From: an uncultured virus (IMG/VR IMGVR_UViG_3300037067_004081)
Lineage: Duplodnaviria > Heunggongvirae > Uroviricota > Caudoviricetes
Length of the DNA: 64,000 nucleotides
Direction: 5' to 3' (one strand)
IMG/VR virus record: IMGVR_UViG_3300037067_004081
The notes beneath the pieces were generated by a model that worked only from the letters and a program-made list of their open reading frames with translations, did not search any database and was not told the origin of the DNA. Position numbers and translations under genes: made by a program. This document shows positions 8,601 to 18,156 of the stretch, in pieces (the stretch's first letter is position 1; the number at the start of each line of letters is the position of its first letter).

Positions 8601-9387
8601 GATAACCTTTGACAACAGAGCCACCAATAGCGTTGATAACATAGATGTCAAAAAGAAGATTGAGACAGCAGAGGAATGTTGGGTGTTGATTCATGCAACA
8701 GTTGCACCGGATAAGAGAAGTGGCACCGATGTAAAGCTGTTGGTGCGCAAGATTGTGTTCCTAGAGGAACTGATTGGAGAGGTCAACTTGGCATTCTTTC
8801 CTGCAGCCAAAATAGGCTTCACATATAAAGGAGAAGGACAGCCATTTGATGATGAGGTGCTGGATTGTCATGAATGTACCTTGAGAGATACCTGTACAGC
8901 TCCAGTCAGGCCCAACAGAGGCAGGTTTGATGTCATGGTTGTAGCTGAAGCCCCAGGCAGAGAAGAAGATGAGCAGGGCATTGGACTCCTGGGGAAAGCA
9001 GGAAAGAATCTTTGGGATGAATTGGCCAAGTATCAGATCAAAAGAAACCTGCTGCACGTGAACAATGTGGTGAAGTGCCGACCACCAAACAACAAAATAC
9101 CTAACATCAACATGGCTCACAAATGTGCTTCTCTCTGGTTGGACAGAGAGATGGAGCAAATCAAACCACTGATTGTGTTGGCTGCTGGTGGTACAGCTGC
9201 TGACTATTTTATCAAGGATGCCAAGATCACAGAATTGAATGGCAAGGTTATTTGGAATGCCAAGCATTCGTGCTGGGTGGTATATTGTCTGCATCCGGCA
9301 AGCATTATATATGAGCAGTCAAACAAAGAAGCATTCTCGAAAGCTATTGGGACATTTGCAAACCTGATGTACTGCATCTATAAATAA
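5608..9387 (+). CDS. dnaE: DNA polymerase III alpha (DnaE-like) with C-terminal family-4-like uracil-DNA glycosylase domain
   Basis: PHP HLHCHS/TDHG; GRGS; PDIDVDF; KLDVLGL; YGFNKSH; C-terminus CHEC...AEAPG..EED...NVVKCRPP...LHPA. Confidence 0.93.
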   Translation: MPLDFVHLHCHSQFSILDGICKVTALVAKAKEFGMKALAITDHGNVDGAVKFYKECKKAGIKPLVGSELYWVDEFEKSKDMKRYHVLVLAKNFNGLRSIMKALTVAHQQQFYYRPLVTFDQVLGLEDVVVMTACASGVLAHPEFEAKAKSLYRRFGKNFFFETQPWLKFPPQALVYQRAIQLMKKSGIPIIATNDVHYLNKDEYLAHEVALAIGTHKLMSDKDRYKFDVRGLHLRTAAEMYETLIAEGAEKKLAGMMVNSSLMVADRIDFTMDKVEVDLPIPHRFRSNKPNTKILEDLAWAGMQKRGLTKKKEYVDRLKHELNEVITLGFATYFLILADVIWWCRENDLMVGPGRGSVGGSILAYCLFITEVDPLQYGLSFERFISPGRIDLPDIDVDFQDDRREEIVSYFRGQYGDENVLQVRTFNEMHGRQALRDVARVFSVPVEEVGKAAKAIVKRSGGDAREDYSIEDAFTLFEECKAFAKKYPKVVKVAQSLEGITRQGGIHAAGVVISDKPLYDGQRCVVISAKDGVQSINWDKKDLDDFGLMKLDVLGLSTLTVLHRAKELIEKHHGNTKIVFENINLADKKVIFEFNRGNTIGVFQFGTPGLGSYCREIGVKCFDDLVDINALWRPGTLKSGMTAEFKEIKNGRKGVTPVSEYYDNITKATLGIMLYQEQIMQVLYQGAGIGWRTVDTIRKAISKSEGNEKIAGFKKEFTEGCAKLGTMAEDEAAAVFDKMVFFGSYGFNKSHAVAYTKIGFWTMWLKVYYPTEFYCSLINFATQDKRMEYVDDARKNGITVLLPDVNKSGKIWTMEGPGVIRAGLSSITSISERSAEEILKSRLKHSDRIFQDFDSFLKQVPRRTINKRVIQNLGKSGALRSLGIGVLCSQDIDAVLKGNYELDADESNPEILHIVGDVVDFSPSSDPLYKISAIVDRIKKKIPLNTLKQVADREVTGECTFVGKIDKIKFSYRDKVSKGSNDLGGAYGNFYDGSDHMMITFDNRATNSVDNIDVKKKIETAEECWVLIHATVAPDKRSGTDVKLLVRKIVFLEELIGEVNLAFFPAAKIGFTYKGEGQPFDDEVLDCHECTLRDTCTAPVRPNRGRFDVMVVAEAPGREEDEQGIGLLGKAGKNLWDELAKYQIKRNLLHVNNVVKCRPPNNKIPNINMAHKCASLWLDREMEQIKPLIVLAAGGTAADYFIKDAKITELNGKVIWNAKHSCWVVYCLHPASIIYEQSNKEAFSKAIGTFANLMYCIYK

Positions 9388-9666
9388 ATATTCTCATTCA
9401 CATTGGTGATGGGAATAATATTAAAGGAGAAAGTCATGGGCTTGGATAGTTCTATTGAATTGCTGGGAAGGGCACAATCAAAGTACAATACCTTTTTGGC
9501 AAACATAGCAGTCGAAAGGCCTGTTGGAAAAGGAAGAGGCATCAACAAAAGAAACAGGCTCAAGATTGAAGCAACATTGCGCCTTGCTACTGTTAGGCAG
9601 ACTGATGACAGACTGGCTGGGATGCGAATTATTCACAGCTTGCGCTCAATCGAGTTCAACCAATAA

Positions 9667-10245
9667 ATGGAGGTGAATTGTATGGCAGGAATCCCACCGC
9701 GTCCCAATCAAAACAAAGGGGCAGCAGGTCAAACCAATAATCCATATATGGGTGTCACCATAGATGGAAATCAGATCCATGATGCCTTGATCATCACCCC
9801 AGACATCAGCACAGAGATGAGCAAGCAAGCGGCACTGTTCAGTCGTTATGCGATTGCTGCTGTATGGGCAAGAGACAAGATGGAAAGGCAAAAGACTGCG
9901 CTTTCAATCTTGGAAGCTGATCTGGATGCGGATGCCAGACTCACCTTGACCAACCGCGGTGACAAGGTTCGGGAAGCTTCTGTTGAGGCTATCATCCACC
10001 AGGATGAGAAGTGGCAAGCTGCCAACGAAAAGATTCTTGAGGCGAAAAGAGAGTTGGGCATATTGGAAGCAGCTGCTGGTGCATTCCAGCAACGTGCTAT
10101 GATGTTGTCTGGCCTTGGCGCAATCAAGCGGCAGGAAATGGAGCAGGAACTGAGCAGCTTTACAAAGAACCAGGCAGGGAAAGCTACACAAGCTGTTCAG
10201 AATAACTTCGCCAAAAATGCTCCCAAGCCTGGTGGAGGTTTCTAG
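9667..10245 (+). CDS. UvsY-like recombination mediator (coiled coil)
   Basis: Helical protein with EASVEAII...AFQQRAMML pattern; upstream of SSB-like and RecA genes. Confidence 0.55.
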   Translation: MEVNCMAGIPPRPNQNKGAAGQTNNPYMGVTIDGNQIHDALIITPDISTEMSKQAALFSRYAIAAVWARDKMERQKTALSILEADLDADARLTLTNRGDKVREASVEAIIHQDEKWQAANEKILEAKRELGILEAAAGAFQQRAMMLSGLGAIKRQEMEQELSSFTKNQAGKATQAVQNNFAKNAPKPGGGF

Positions 10246-10246
10246 T

Positions 10247-10402
10247 ATGAATGTGCAATGGTATTTGGCCATTGTACTTGCTTTTGCACTCCTTCTCTTT
10301 ATATTTGCACGCGTGATTATAAAGGGAATTTCCAACGGCATTGGCACATTTTTGGCCAAGGTAGCAAATAGGAAAAACAAAACTGACGAAAGGCAATATT
10401 GA
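10247..10402 (+). CDS. Small membrane protein
   Basis: GGAGG then MNVQWYLAIVLAFALLLFIF hydrophobic stretch. Confidence 0.5.
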   Translation: MNVQWYLAIVLAFALLLFIFARVIIKGISNGIGTFLAKVANRKNKTDERQY

Positions 10403-10403
10403 T

Positions 10404-11612
10404 ATGGCGGATAAAAGTTTGTCGGATTATGCCAATGATGCCAGACGGCAGGCTGATGAGGAAAGAGGAAAGAAGGATTTCTTCCAAACTCCGAATAATA
10501 TTGAAGCGCACATCAGGCTGCTTGAATGGCCAGGACACGTGCCTTGCTGGATCATGGGGCATGTTCACTTTTTGAAGACTGCAGAGGGCACCAAGGTGAT
10601 GACCTGTGGTGATGAAAACTGCTATTCTTGCGGCAGGTTGTCAGAGTACAGCCACAGTCAGAACAAGCAGGATTTGATCTTTGCAAAGGATACATCACGC
10701 AGGCTGCGCATTAACATGTTTCTGATTGACATGGACAATCGCAGCAAAGGTCCACAGCTCTGGGAACCAAAGAACACCCAGAATTGCTCCACCTGGACAT
10801 CCCTGCTGGCTCTGTTTACCAACCAGGATGACTACGGCGCAAAGGTCTACAAGTTCAATGAAGGAAGGGTCATCAGCCTCACAGTTGCAAAAGAGATGAG
10901 GAAGATGAAAACTGGGCAGCAGGAAATCAACATTCAGAAAAGCCTCATTCCTGGTGCCAGACCATTCCCAATTCAAATCCGACCCAGCGCTGATGGCCAC
11001 GGATATTATCAAGACCCTGAAGGCAACTACCAAATCAAATACCCAATGCCTGATGGCAGGATGGTGGCTTTCAAACTTCCTGATCTTGGTGCCCAAATCC
11101 CTATTTATGATGAGAACTTCCACCGTGAGTGCTGGGGTGATGCGCCTGCAGAATCTGCTGGTGAATATGTTGCTGCTGGCGAGCCTGAAGGTGGCTGGGA
11201 AGGTCAACAGGCTGCTGGTGGCGATGCGCCATGGGAAGAAACTGATGCTGGCCAGGTTGATGCTGCAACAGGTGAATTGATGGATGAGCCTGAGCCTTCA
11301 GATGGATCTCAAGCAGCAGAAGAAGATTGGGGAGCACAAGCTGAACCAGAAACAGGAGAGGATTGGGGAGCAGCTGAACCGGCTGCAGATCCTCCACCGG
11401 CTATTCCAAGACCACCGGCATCAAGCAGACCGCCAGCAAGACCAAGTGCACCTCCACCGGCTGCGGCAGCTGCACCACCAAGAAGGCCACCTGCTCCACC
11501 GGCATCAACAAGCAGGCCACCGGCAAGGCCAAGCGCTCCACCACCACCTCCAAACAGAAGAGGTGGAGTTCAACCGCCACCTGCAGCAAGGAAGCCTGCA
11601 GGGAAGAAATAG
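10404..11612 (+). CDS. Probable gp32-like single-stranded DNA-binding protein with acidic and Pro/Arg-rich tail
   Basis: IRLL...HVHF...TC...CYSC Zn motif; position between UvsY-like and RecA genes. Confidence 0.6.
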   Translation: MADKSLSDYANDARRQADEERGKKDFFQTPNNIEAHIRLLEWPGHVPCWIMGHVHFLKTAEGTKVMTCGDENCYSCGRLSEYSHSQNKQDLIFAKDTSRRLRINMFLIDMDNRSKGPQLWEPKNTQNCSTWTSLLALFTNQDDYGAKVYKFNEGRVISLTVAKEMRKMKTGQQEINIQKSLIPGARPFPIQIRPSADGHGYYQDPEGNYQIKYPMPDGRMVAFKLPDLGAQIPIYDENFHRECWGDAPAESAGEYVAAGEPEGGWEGQQAAGGDAPWEETDAGQVDAATGELMDEPEPSDGSQAAEEDWGAQAEPETGEDWGAAEPAADPPPAIPRPPASSRPPARPSAPPPAAAAAPPRRPPAPPASTSRPPARPSAPPPPPNRRGGVQPPPAARKPAGKK

Positions 11613-11647
11613 GGTTTCAATAGCAGATTGATCAGAAAGGAATAGCC

Positions 11648-12565
11648 ATGAGGAATCCCCCAAAAGCAGCAAAGAAAGTTGCAACCCCAGCACCAAATGC
11701 TCCAATTGACATAAGCAAGTTTGCAGCAGTTATCCGAAAGCAGTTTGGTGATACCGCTATTCAGGTGCCAGGAAAAGATGCAGATTTCATGTTGCGCCGA
11801 ATAAGTGATTGGCTGGATGTTGGCAAGTACAATGAAGTGTTCGGGAATGAAGCAAGGGGAATTCCTTGTGGCTATTATACTGAGTTGTCTGGTGAAGAGT
11901 CTGCAGGCAAGAGCACTCTTGGATATTGCATTCTTGCTTGGGCTCAAGCGGCTGGGTATGTTGCCTGGCTGGCTGATGTTGAGCACAGCTTTGATGTCCC
12001 ATGGGCAGTAAAGCAAGGTGTTGATACCAACAATCTTCTGATCATCGAGTCTGCATATGAGCAAGGCAAGAAGTTCATAGTGGACAATGTTGACAAATCA
12101 TTCGAGAAGTGGGAAGACTTGATCAGGCAGGCGTGGGCCATGTATCAGCGGCCACAGATTCTGCTGATTGATTCTATTGCTGCCTTGCTACCAAAGGAGC
12201 AGCTTGAAGGTGAATATGGGGAAAGGAGTGTTGGTGCTTTGGCAAGAGCGCTGGCTGTCAACCTTCCCAAATTCCATTCTGCACTTATCGAAACCAAGAC
12301 CGCCTGCATCATCGTCAATCAACTGCGTGATTCCATTGGGGTGATGTTTGGAGAGAAGGAGCACACCACCGGAGGAAGGGCAAAGAACTTTTATTTCAGC
12401 TCACGTGTTCAGGTGAAGAGAATGAAGACTCTTGCCGCCCAGATATCAAAGACAGAAAAGAAGCCATATGCAATCTTGTCAAGAGTCAAAAACAAAAAGA
12501 ACAAGGTTGGTGTTCCCTTCAGAGAGGTGAAGATGGAAATCAACTTTGATACAGGGATTGTATGA
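11648..12565 (+). CDS. recA: RecA/UvsX-like recombinase
   Basis: Walker A GEESAGKS, DVEH, LIDSIAAL, NQLR, TTGGRA, KNKV. Confidence 0.92.
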   Translation: MRNPPKAAKKVATPAPNAPIDISKFAAVIRKQFGDTAIQVPGKDADFMLRRISDWLDVGKYNEVFGNEARGIPCGYYTELSGEESAGKSTLGYCILAWAQAAGYVAWLADVEHSFDVPWAVKQGVDTNNLLIIESAYEQGKKFIVDNVDKSFEKWEDLIRQAWAMYQRPQILLIDSIAALLPKEQLEGEYGERSVGALARALAVNLPKFHSALIETKTACIIVNQLRDSIGVMFGEKEHTTGGRAKNFYFSSRVQVKRMKTLAAQISKTEKKPYAILSRVKNKKNKVGVPFREVKMEINFDTGIV

Positions 12566-13886
12566 TAGACAAACAGAAGGAAGATGACAGCAAAAACCCT
12601 GGTGGCCAGCGAAAGGTGACAGCTGCAGAATATAAGATGCTGCCTGCAGCCTCTCAGGGATTCGTATCGTATATGCAAGCTGAATGGAATCCTGATGTGC
12701 CAAAGGAATGTCCATATGCAGCTGGAACAAAGGCTGCGACAGAGTGGCATGAAGGTAGTCAACAAGCAATATTTGTAGTCATGGATGGAGAAGAGTGAAT
12801 GGCTGCTGATAAGATCGAAGAAGCTTGGAAATCATATTCAGAAAGGGTGCTCAATAAAGAGGCGAGTGCTATCCAGATTCATGAAACCAAACTTGCATTC
12901 TTTGCAGGTGCTGTTGCTCTCTGGTCAACAATTATGGGTGAAGAAATGTCCAAACTTTCTGAGAAAGAAAGTGAAGCTATTCTTGATGATATCCACCTAG
13001 AGATCGGTCAGTTCATTAAAAGTCTTGGTAAATCAATAATGATCAAATCCATGCTGATCAACAGCAAAACAACAAGCATCAACTGAAGGGATCATATGGT
13101 AAAATTTGGTGGTGGAATTCCCAGGCATACATTTCCGCAGGCCTTTGTTGTTATGGCCTTTGAATGTGCAGAAGGATGCTGCAAGGAACGGATATGGAAC
13201 AGCCGTGATGGTGCTGTACCGAATGTGATCATGAATCGGCGCACCAAGCACCCCATGTCATGGCAGAAGGGCAGAGGTGATCTGTATGCGCCAAGCTTTT
13301 TCCCAAAGCCTGGAATGCGGGTGTTCACTGATGCAACTCCAGCTTTGGTAAGGCCAACAGCAACAATGTGGGTGGAAGAGAAGTGGGCCAATTTGCCGGC
13401 ATTCCGAAACAATTTCAAGGATAAAGATGCTGCAATCAGTGGAGTCATAAAGGACTGGTGCCAGAATGGACAGCCTTGGATTGCTACCATTGAGCCTGAA
13501 CATAAGCTGCTGAACATGAAGGCTGGTGATACCTTCCCATTCATCTGTCCACAATGTGGCCAGACAACACCATATGATGCGGATCTGGAGACTGTATCAT
13601 GCATCTGCGGATTCATCGGAACAACTGCTGAATTCTCTGAGACAAGCTTTGAGATTCAGACCTGGGTGAACTGATGCTGCCTATATCTTTCAACTTCTAT
13701 CTTGGCAGGCTTGGTTGGAGACAGCCTTTCAAAAAACCAAAAATACATTGTTGGATAAACTCAAAAGTCAGGCATCAGGTGTCTGGCCATTGGAACTTCT
13801 TCAGGTTGATGTGGTTGCGCCTTGATCTTGTTATTGAGTGGAACATGAAAGGACCAAAAGATGTCAGGAAGAAAAAGCAAAAATAA
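12562..13886 (+). other. Four small hypothetical CDS (12562-12798, 12799-13086, 13096-13674 with Zn ribbon, 13674-13886)
   Basis: Abutting ORFs; CPQC...CICG motif in 13096-13674. Confidence 0.55.
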
Positions 13887-14307
13887 AGGATCATCATTCG
13901 AGCTGCAAGTCAAGAAGGTCATCTTGGCAGCAACTGGCATCGAACTGGAGCGCACCCCAGGAAGCGGCAGCTGGGGCAGGATGCAGACCAAAGGCGATTT
14001 GATTGCATCAGAAGAAGACAGGAAGCGCTGGCCATACTTTGTCGAGTGCAAGAAGGTTGAAGGTTGGGATCTTTGGAATCAATTGTTCAGTGGTGAAGGC
14101 CCAATGTTTGAATGGTGGAATAAGGCTTGCGATCAGGCCAAGGAAGAACACAAAGTGCCGCTGTTGATATTTGCCCAGAATCGGCGTGAGATCCTGCTGA
14201 TGGCTGCTTACAACAAGAGCTACAAGCTGCCATTGAATAGTGTCATCATTCCGCATGCTGGTGTTTTTATCACTCCGATTGAAAGCTGGATCAAGTGGGT
14301 GTTCTGA
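13861..14307 (+). CDS. Holliday junction resolvase (Hjc-like PD-(D/E)xK)
   Basis: KNKGSSFE...KGDL...FVECKK. Confidence 0.8.
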   Translation: MSGRKSKNKGSSFELQVKKVILAATGIELERTPGSGSWGRMQTKGDLIASEEDRKRWPYFVECKKVEGWDLWNQLFSGEGPMFEWWNKACDQAKEEHKVPLLIFAQNRREILLMAAYNKSYKLPLNSVIIPHAGVFITPIESWIKWVF

Positions 14308-14373
14308 TGGGTATAATACTTTTATATTGTTTGCTATTATTGGGCTGATTATTTCAGCGGATGATAGAAGCCT

Positions 14374-15222
14374 GTGATTGCATTTAACCAAATCATAGAC
14401 TTGATAAATGCTGTTTGTTGGAAAGGATTCTGTATGTTTAAATTTAAGATGGGTGATGGGCTGAAGTCAAAGGTGGTAGACCTTGACACCTATAATGAAA
14501 AAGGTGTTGAAACTCTTTTTTATCATTCGAAATGCATGGATTTTTATTTCTCGATGGAATTAAGAGCAATTCGGCTTGGTCTGCCGCGTTCAATTGGTAA
14601 GGTTGGAAGAGGTCAATACCATAAAAAGATGCTTTGTGATGTTCCTGAAGGGTATCTCAGGGTATATCAACAACGGGCATATTCTGATTCTGGGATATTG
14701 TACCGATATCTTTGCGCAAGAAAAGGAATTCCAATTGATGGTTTTGATAATCCAGTTGAAGATTGGAACAGTTTTCCTCAAAAGCCTGATGAAGAATGGG
14801 GATAATTGCCCATAATTGATTGAGCAAAAGCCAGGGTGAAAGCTCTGGCTTTTGTTTCTGGAGGTTATATGCAATATGTGATTTGGATTCCTGAATTGGA
14901 ATTGGTTTCATTGGTTGCTGTCAATAATAAGAAAGAGCTTTTTTGGGCAATTGATGAGTTGGGGTGTGATGATCCTTGGTCATGCTTTGGGGTTAAGGTT
15001 CGAAGGGTTAACATTTCTTTCATACTTGATGCAGAATCATTTATTGCAGAAGATACAACTGTTGAATCTGCTCCTTTGAAATTCACTACGGAATTTATTG
15101 GCGAAAGCACTGATACAATATTGGCAGATATTGCTGTAAATATTCTTGCAAAAAAACCACCTTCAGAATGGACAATTCATGGTTGGAAAAAACTATTCAG
15201 CAACAAATTTGATCCAGCATAG
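14374..15222 (+). other. Two AT-rich hypothetical CDS (~14374-14805, 14836-15222), probable recent insertion
   Basis: Visibly more T-rich codons than neighbours; TATAAT at 14312 upstream. Confidence 0.5.
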
Positions 15223-15231
15223 GGTGAGCAA

Positions 15232-16287
15232 ATGAAGATTCTTTTAACCGGCGATTGGCACATACATTCATATCCGCAATTTGCCAAACCTTGGATGCCA
15301 GGTTTGAATACCAGGGCAAAGCAGATTGCGGATGCTCTTGAGCCAATCCCACAAATCATTAAGCAGGAAAAGGTGAGATTGTTTGTGCACCTTGGTGACT
15401 GGAATTGGGTGTCATCAAATCCCTATCGGCTGGTGAACTTCACCAGACAATCAGCAAAGGCCTGCGAAACAGCTGTCAAGCACAATGGAGGAGTTGCACT
15501 GGGCATCCCAGGCAACCATGACACTGATGGTGTTGATGTTTCTGATCACAACAATCGTCCATATCTTGACAGCACTGATTGGGATGTGAAGGTGCATCAG
15601 GCAGAGAACATCAAATTTTATTCAGTTGGATACAACAGCCCACTTCCCAATCCTGATACCTTGGCCACCAATCATGCATTATCAATATTCTTGATTCATA
15701 AGGATATTGCTGGCGGCAAGGCTTCTTCTGGATTCATCTATAAGACAGATAATTCAATTCCAATGTCTTGGTTCTCTGCTGTGGCCAAGCGGCTGGGCAA
15801 AAATGTGAAGTTCTTTGCTGGCCATTACCATTCACCACAGACGATTGGGCCTGTGAATGTCATTGGTGCCCCAGTTCAGCACAATAGAGGTGATGCTGGT
15901 GATGAGCGAGGATTTGCCATCTATGATACAGAAAAGAGAATCTTGACAAAGGTGGCTCTGCCTGGGCCAGAGTTCATGGATGTGCCTTGGAAAACTATCT
16001 ATGACGGCAAGCTGAAGATCCACAGAGTTGATAAGGCATACATCACCATCCTGTGCAATGATGCTATCGAGTATCGAGATGCAGGCGAATGGAAAAAGAC
16101 GGTCAACATGAACATACAGAGGTTGATTGTCAAGAAGGAAGAAAGCAAGATCAAAACAGCAACCAAGTCTGATGTTGGTATGCTATCAGAAGAGGAATTG
16201 TTGGTGAAGTATCTGCAGGAAAAGGAGTGCATCACCAGCAAGCAGGCCATCAAGGATCTGATCAAGATTGCAAAGGATATCCAATGA
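15232..16287 (+). CDS. sbcD: SbcD/Mre11-like metallophosphoesterase nuclease
   Basis: DWHI, LGD, GNHD, GHYH motifs. Confidence 0.88.
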   Translation: MKILLTGDWHIHSYPQFAKPWMPGLNTRAKQIADALEPIPQIIKQEKVRLFVHLGDWNWVSSNPYRLVNFTRQSAKACETAVKHNGGVALGIPGNHDTDGVDVSDHNNRPYLDSTDWDVKVHQAENIKFYSVGYNSPLPNPDTLATNHALSIFLIHKDIAGGKASSGFIYKTDNSIPMSWFSAVAKRLGKNVKFFAGHYHSPQTIGPVNVIGAPVQHNRGDAGDERGFAIYDTEKRILTKVALPGPEFMDVPWKTIYDGKLKIHRVDKAYITILCNDAIEYRDAGEWKKTVNMNIQRLIVKKEESKIKTATKSDVGMLSEEELLVKYLQEKECITSKQAIKDLIKIAKDIQ

Positions 16288-18050
16288 TTGAGTTCATCGC
16301 AATCGAGTGCCAAAACTTTTTGTCATTTCAGAAGCTGCCAAAGACAAGCCTGAAGGGTGCTGGGCTGGTATTTGTCAGAGGAAGGAATATGGATGACCCA
16401 GAAACAGACTCCAATGACAGCGGCAAAAGCAACCTGTTCAATCTCATCACTTGGGTGCTGTTCGAAAGGCTTGCCAAAACAGGTCAGGTTGCAGTGGGTG
16501 ATGATGTCGTCAACTCAAAAGCAGGAAGTGATTGCTGGGGTACTGTCTGGCTTGAGAGAGATGGAAAAGAGTTTGAAATCACTCGCAGCAGAAATAGAAA
16601 AGGCATCAAGAATTCTGCCACTATTACGGGTGCAATTACAGCGCAAGGCAAAAGGGTTGCCACCAATGAAGAAATAGAGAAGCTGTTGGGAATGAAATAT
16701 AAGATGTTCCTGTCATCAGTCTTCTGGGCCCAGGGTGAGCAATCAAGAAGACTGATCCAATTGAGTGATGCTGAATATAAAGAGTTGTTTGATGAGTTGG
16801 TTGGCACAGAGGATTTTGCCGACAAGCGCAAGAAGCTTCTGGCACAGACCAACAAATTGGCAACAGAGATTGCCCAGTATGATATGCAGATCAGCAGACT
16901 GATTGGAAGCATCGAGACAGCCCAGAGCTTTCTGAAGCCTGATGATGAGCCTGAGATTGCTGTTGACTTCGAAGCGCTGCGCAAAGTCTGGGAAGATATC
17001 TGTGCCAAGTATGAGGCCTGGGAAGAAGTGAAAGGCAATCTGGCTGCTCAGGCAAGAATCATCACAGAGCGCACCCAATGGATAACAGAGAAGGATCAGC
17101 AAGGCAAGAATGTAGCTGCACGGCTGGCCAATGTTGACAAGGAGTATAAGAAAAAGATCTGCAGCCAGTGTAAGCAGGATCTGAAAACAAAAGAAGCAAT
17201 GGCAGAGATAAAGAATTTGAAAACAGAACTTGAGGAAGGGATGGTGAAGATCAGCGATGAGAAAACCAGGCTTCAAGGTGAGAAGGACACAGCAGAAAAA
17301 CAGGCGCAGAAACTATCTGCTAAAAACAAACAGCTCGAATCAGAATACAACAGACTCTGGGAAGGTGCCCGACAACTGCTGCCAGAGGATTTGCAAGACA
17401 CCGACATCCCAACAGTCTTAGGGATGGAGAAAACCAAAAGAAGCCAGGATGAGCTGGCTGAAGCAGAGAGCAAGCTGACTGCCCTTGAAAAGAATCTTGA
17501 GGTGCAATCCAGATTGCGGCTGGAGAAGCAGGCAGAAGTTGACAAGCTGGAAATCCTGAAAAGAGCATATGGCCCAGCTGGCATGAAGTCTATGCGCATG
17601 GCCATCATCAATCCATTGCTTAATCAGAAGGCAGAGGAATACAGCCAACTGCTATCTGGTGGAGTGCTCAAGATCATATTCAATAACCTATCAGAAACGA
17701 AAGGTGGTGAAATCCGTGAGCGCTATTCTGTGGTTGTAGAGAAGGATGCAGGAGTGAACTTCAGATTGTCTGGTGGTGGCATGATCACAAGAGCCAACCT
17801 GATTGCAGCCTTTGCCCTTGATGAAGTAAGAAGCATGATGACAGGGAAAGAGCTGTCACTGAAGATATATGATGAACCAACTGAAGGCCTGGATGCATCT
17901 GGTGAATCAGTTGTTGTTGAATTGATCAGAGAGAAGCTGAAAGGGACAAGCTTTTTTGTATCCCACCGCAGCATTGTTGGTGACAATCTTTCTGATCAGG
18001 TATGGACTGTTGTGAGGAAAGATAACATTTCTGTTTTGGAAGCAAGGTGA
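16284..18050 (+). CDS. sbcC: SbcC/Rad50-like ATPase
   Basis: NDSGKS Walker A, coiled coil with CSQC hook, LSGG signature, IYDEPTEGLD Walker B; ATGA overlap with sbcD. Confidence 0.9.
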   Translation: MIEFIAIECQNFLSFQKLPKTSLKGAGLVFVRGRNMDDPETDSNDSGKSNLFNLITWVLFERLAKTGQVAVGDDVVNSKAGSDCWGTVWLERDGKEFEITRSRNRKGIKNSATITGAITAQGKRVATNEEIEKLLGMKYKMFLSSVFWAQGEQSRRLIQLSDAEYKELFDELVGTEDFADKRKKLLAQTNKLATEIAQYDMQISRLIGSIETAQSFLKPDDEPEIAVDFEALRKVWEDICAKYEAWEEVKGNLAAQARIITERTQWITEKDQQGKNVAARLANVDKEYKKKICSQCKQDLKTKEAMAEIKNLKTELEEGMVKISDEKTRLQGEKDTAEKQAQKLSAKNKQLESEYNRLWEGARQLLPEDLQDTDIPTVLGMEKTKRSQDELAEAESKLTALEKNLEVQSRLRLEKQAEVDKLEILKRAYGPAGMKSMRMAIINPLLNQKAEEYSQLLSGGVLKIIFNNLSETKGGEIRERYSVVVEKDAGVNFRLSGGGMITRANLIAAFALDEVRSMMTGKELSLKIYDEPTEGLDASGESVVVELIREKLKGTSFFVSHRSIVGDNLSDQVWTVVRKDNISVLEAR

Positions 18051-18105
18051 TTCGGATATAATATGCGCTGCTAATCTTTCGCTGGATTGGCTGACTGCTC
18101 TGCTG

Positions 18106-18156
18106 GGGCAGTCTGAATCGGTTTCCTGTTCCGATACAGACTGCCCTTTTTTATTT
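18106..18156 (+). terminator. Intrinsic terminator
   Basis: GGGCAGTCTGAATCGG / CCGATACAGACTGCCC followed by TTTTTT. Confidence 0.85.

Noticed and set aside
5608..9387. Intein or intron in dnaE
   Set aside because: The extra length is explained by the UDG domain; no splice motifs seen
9403..9666. 87-aa ORF after dnaE
   Set aside because: No recognisable motif and uncertain start; may be real but is unsupported
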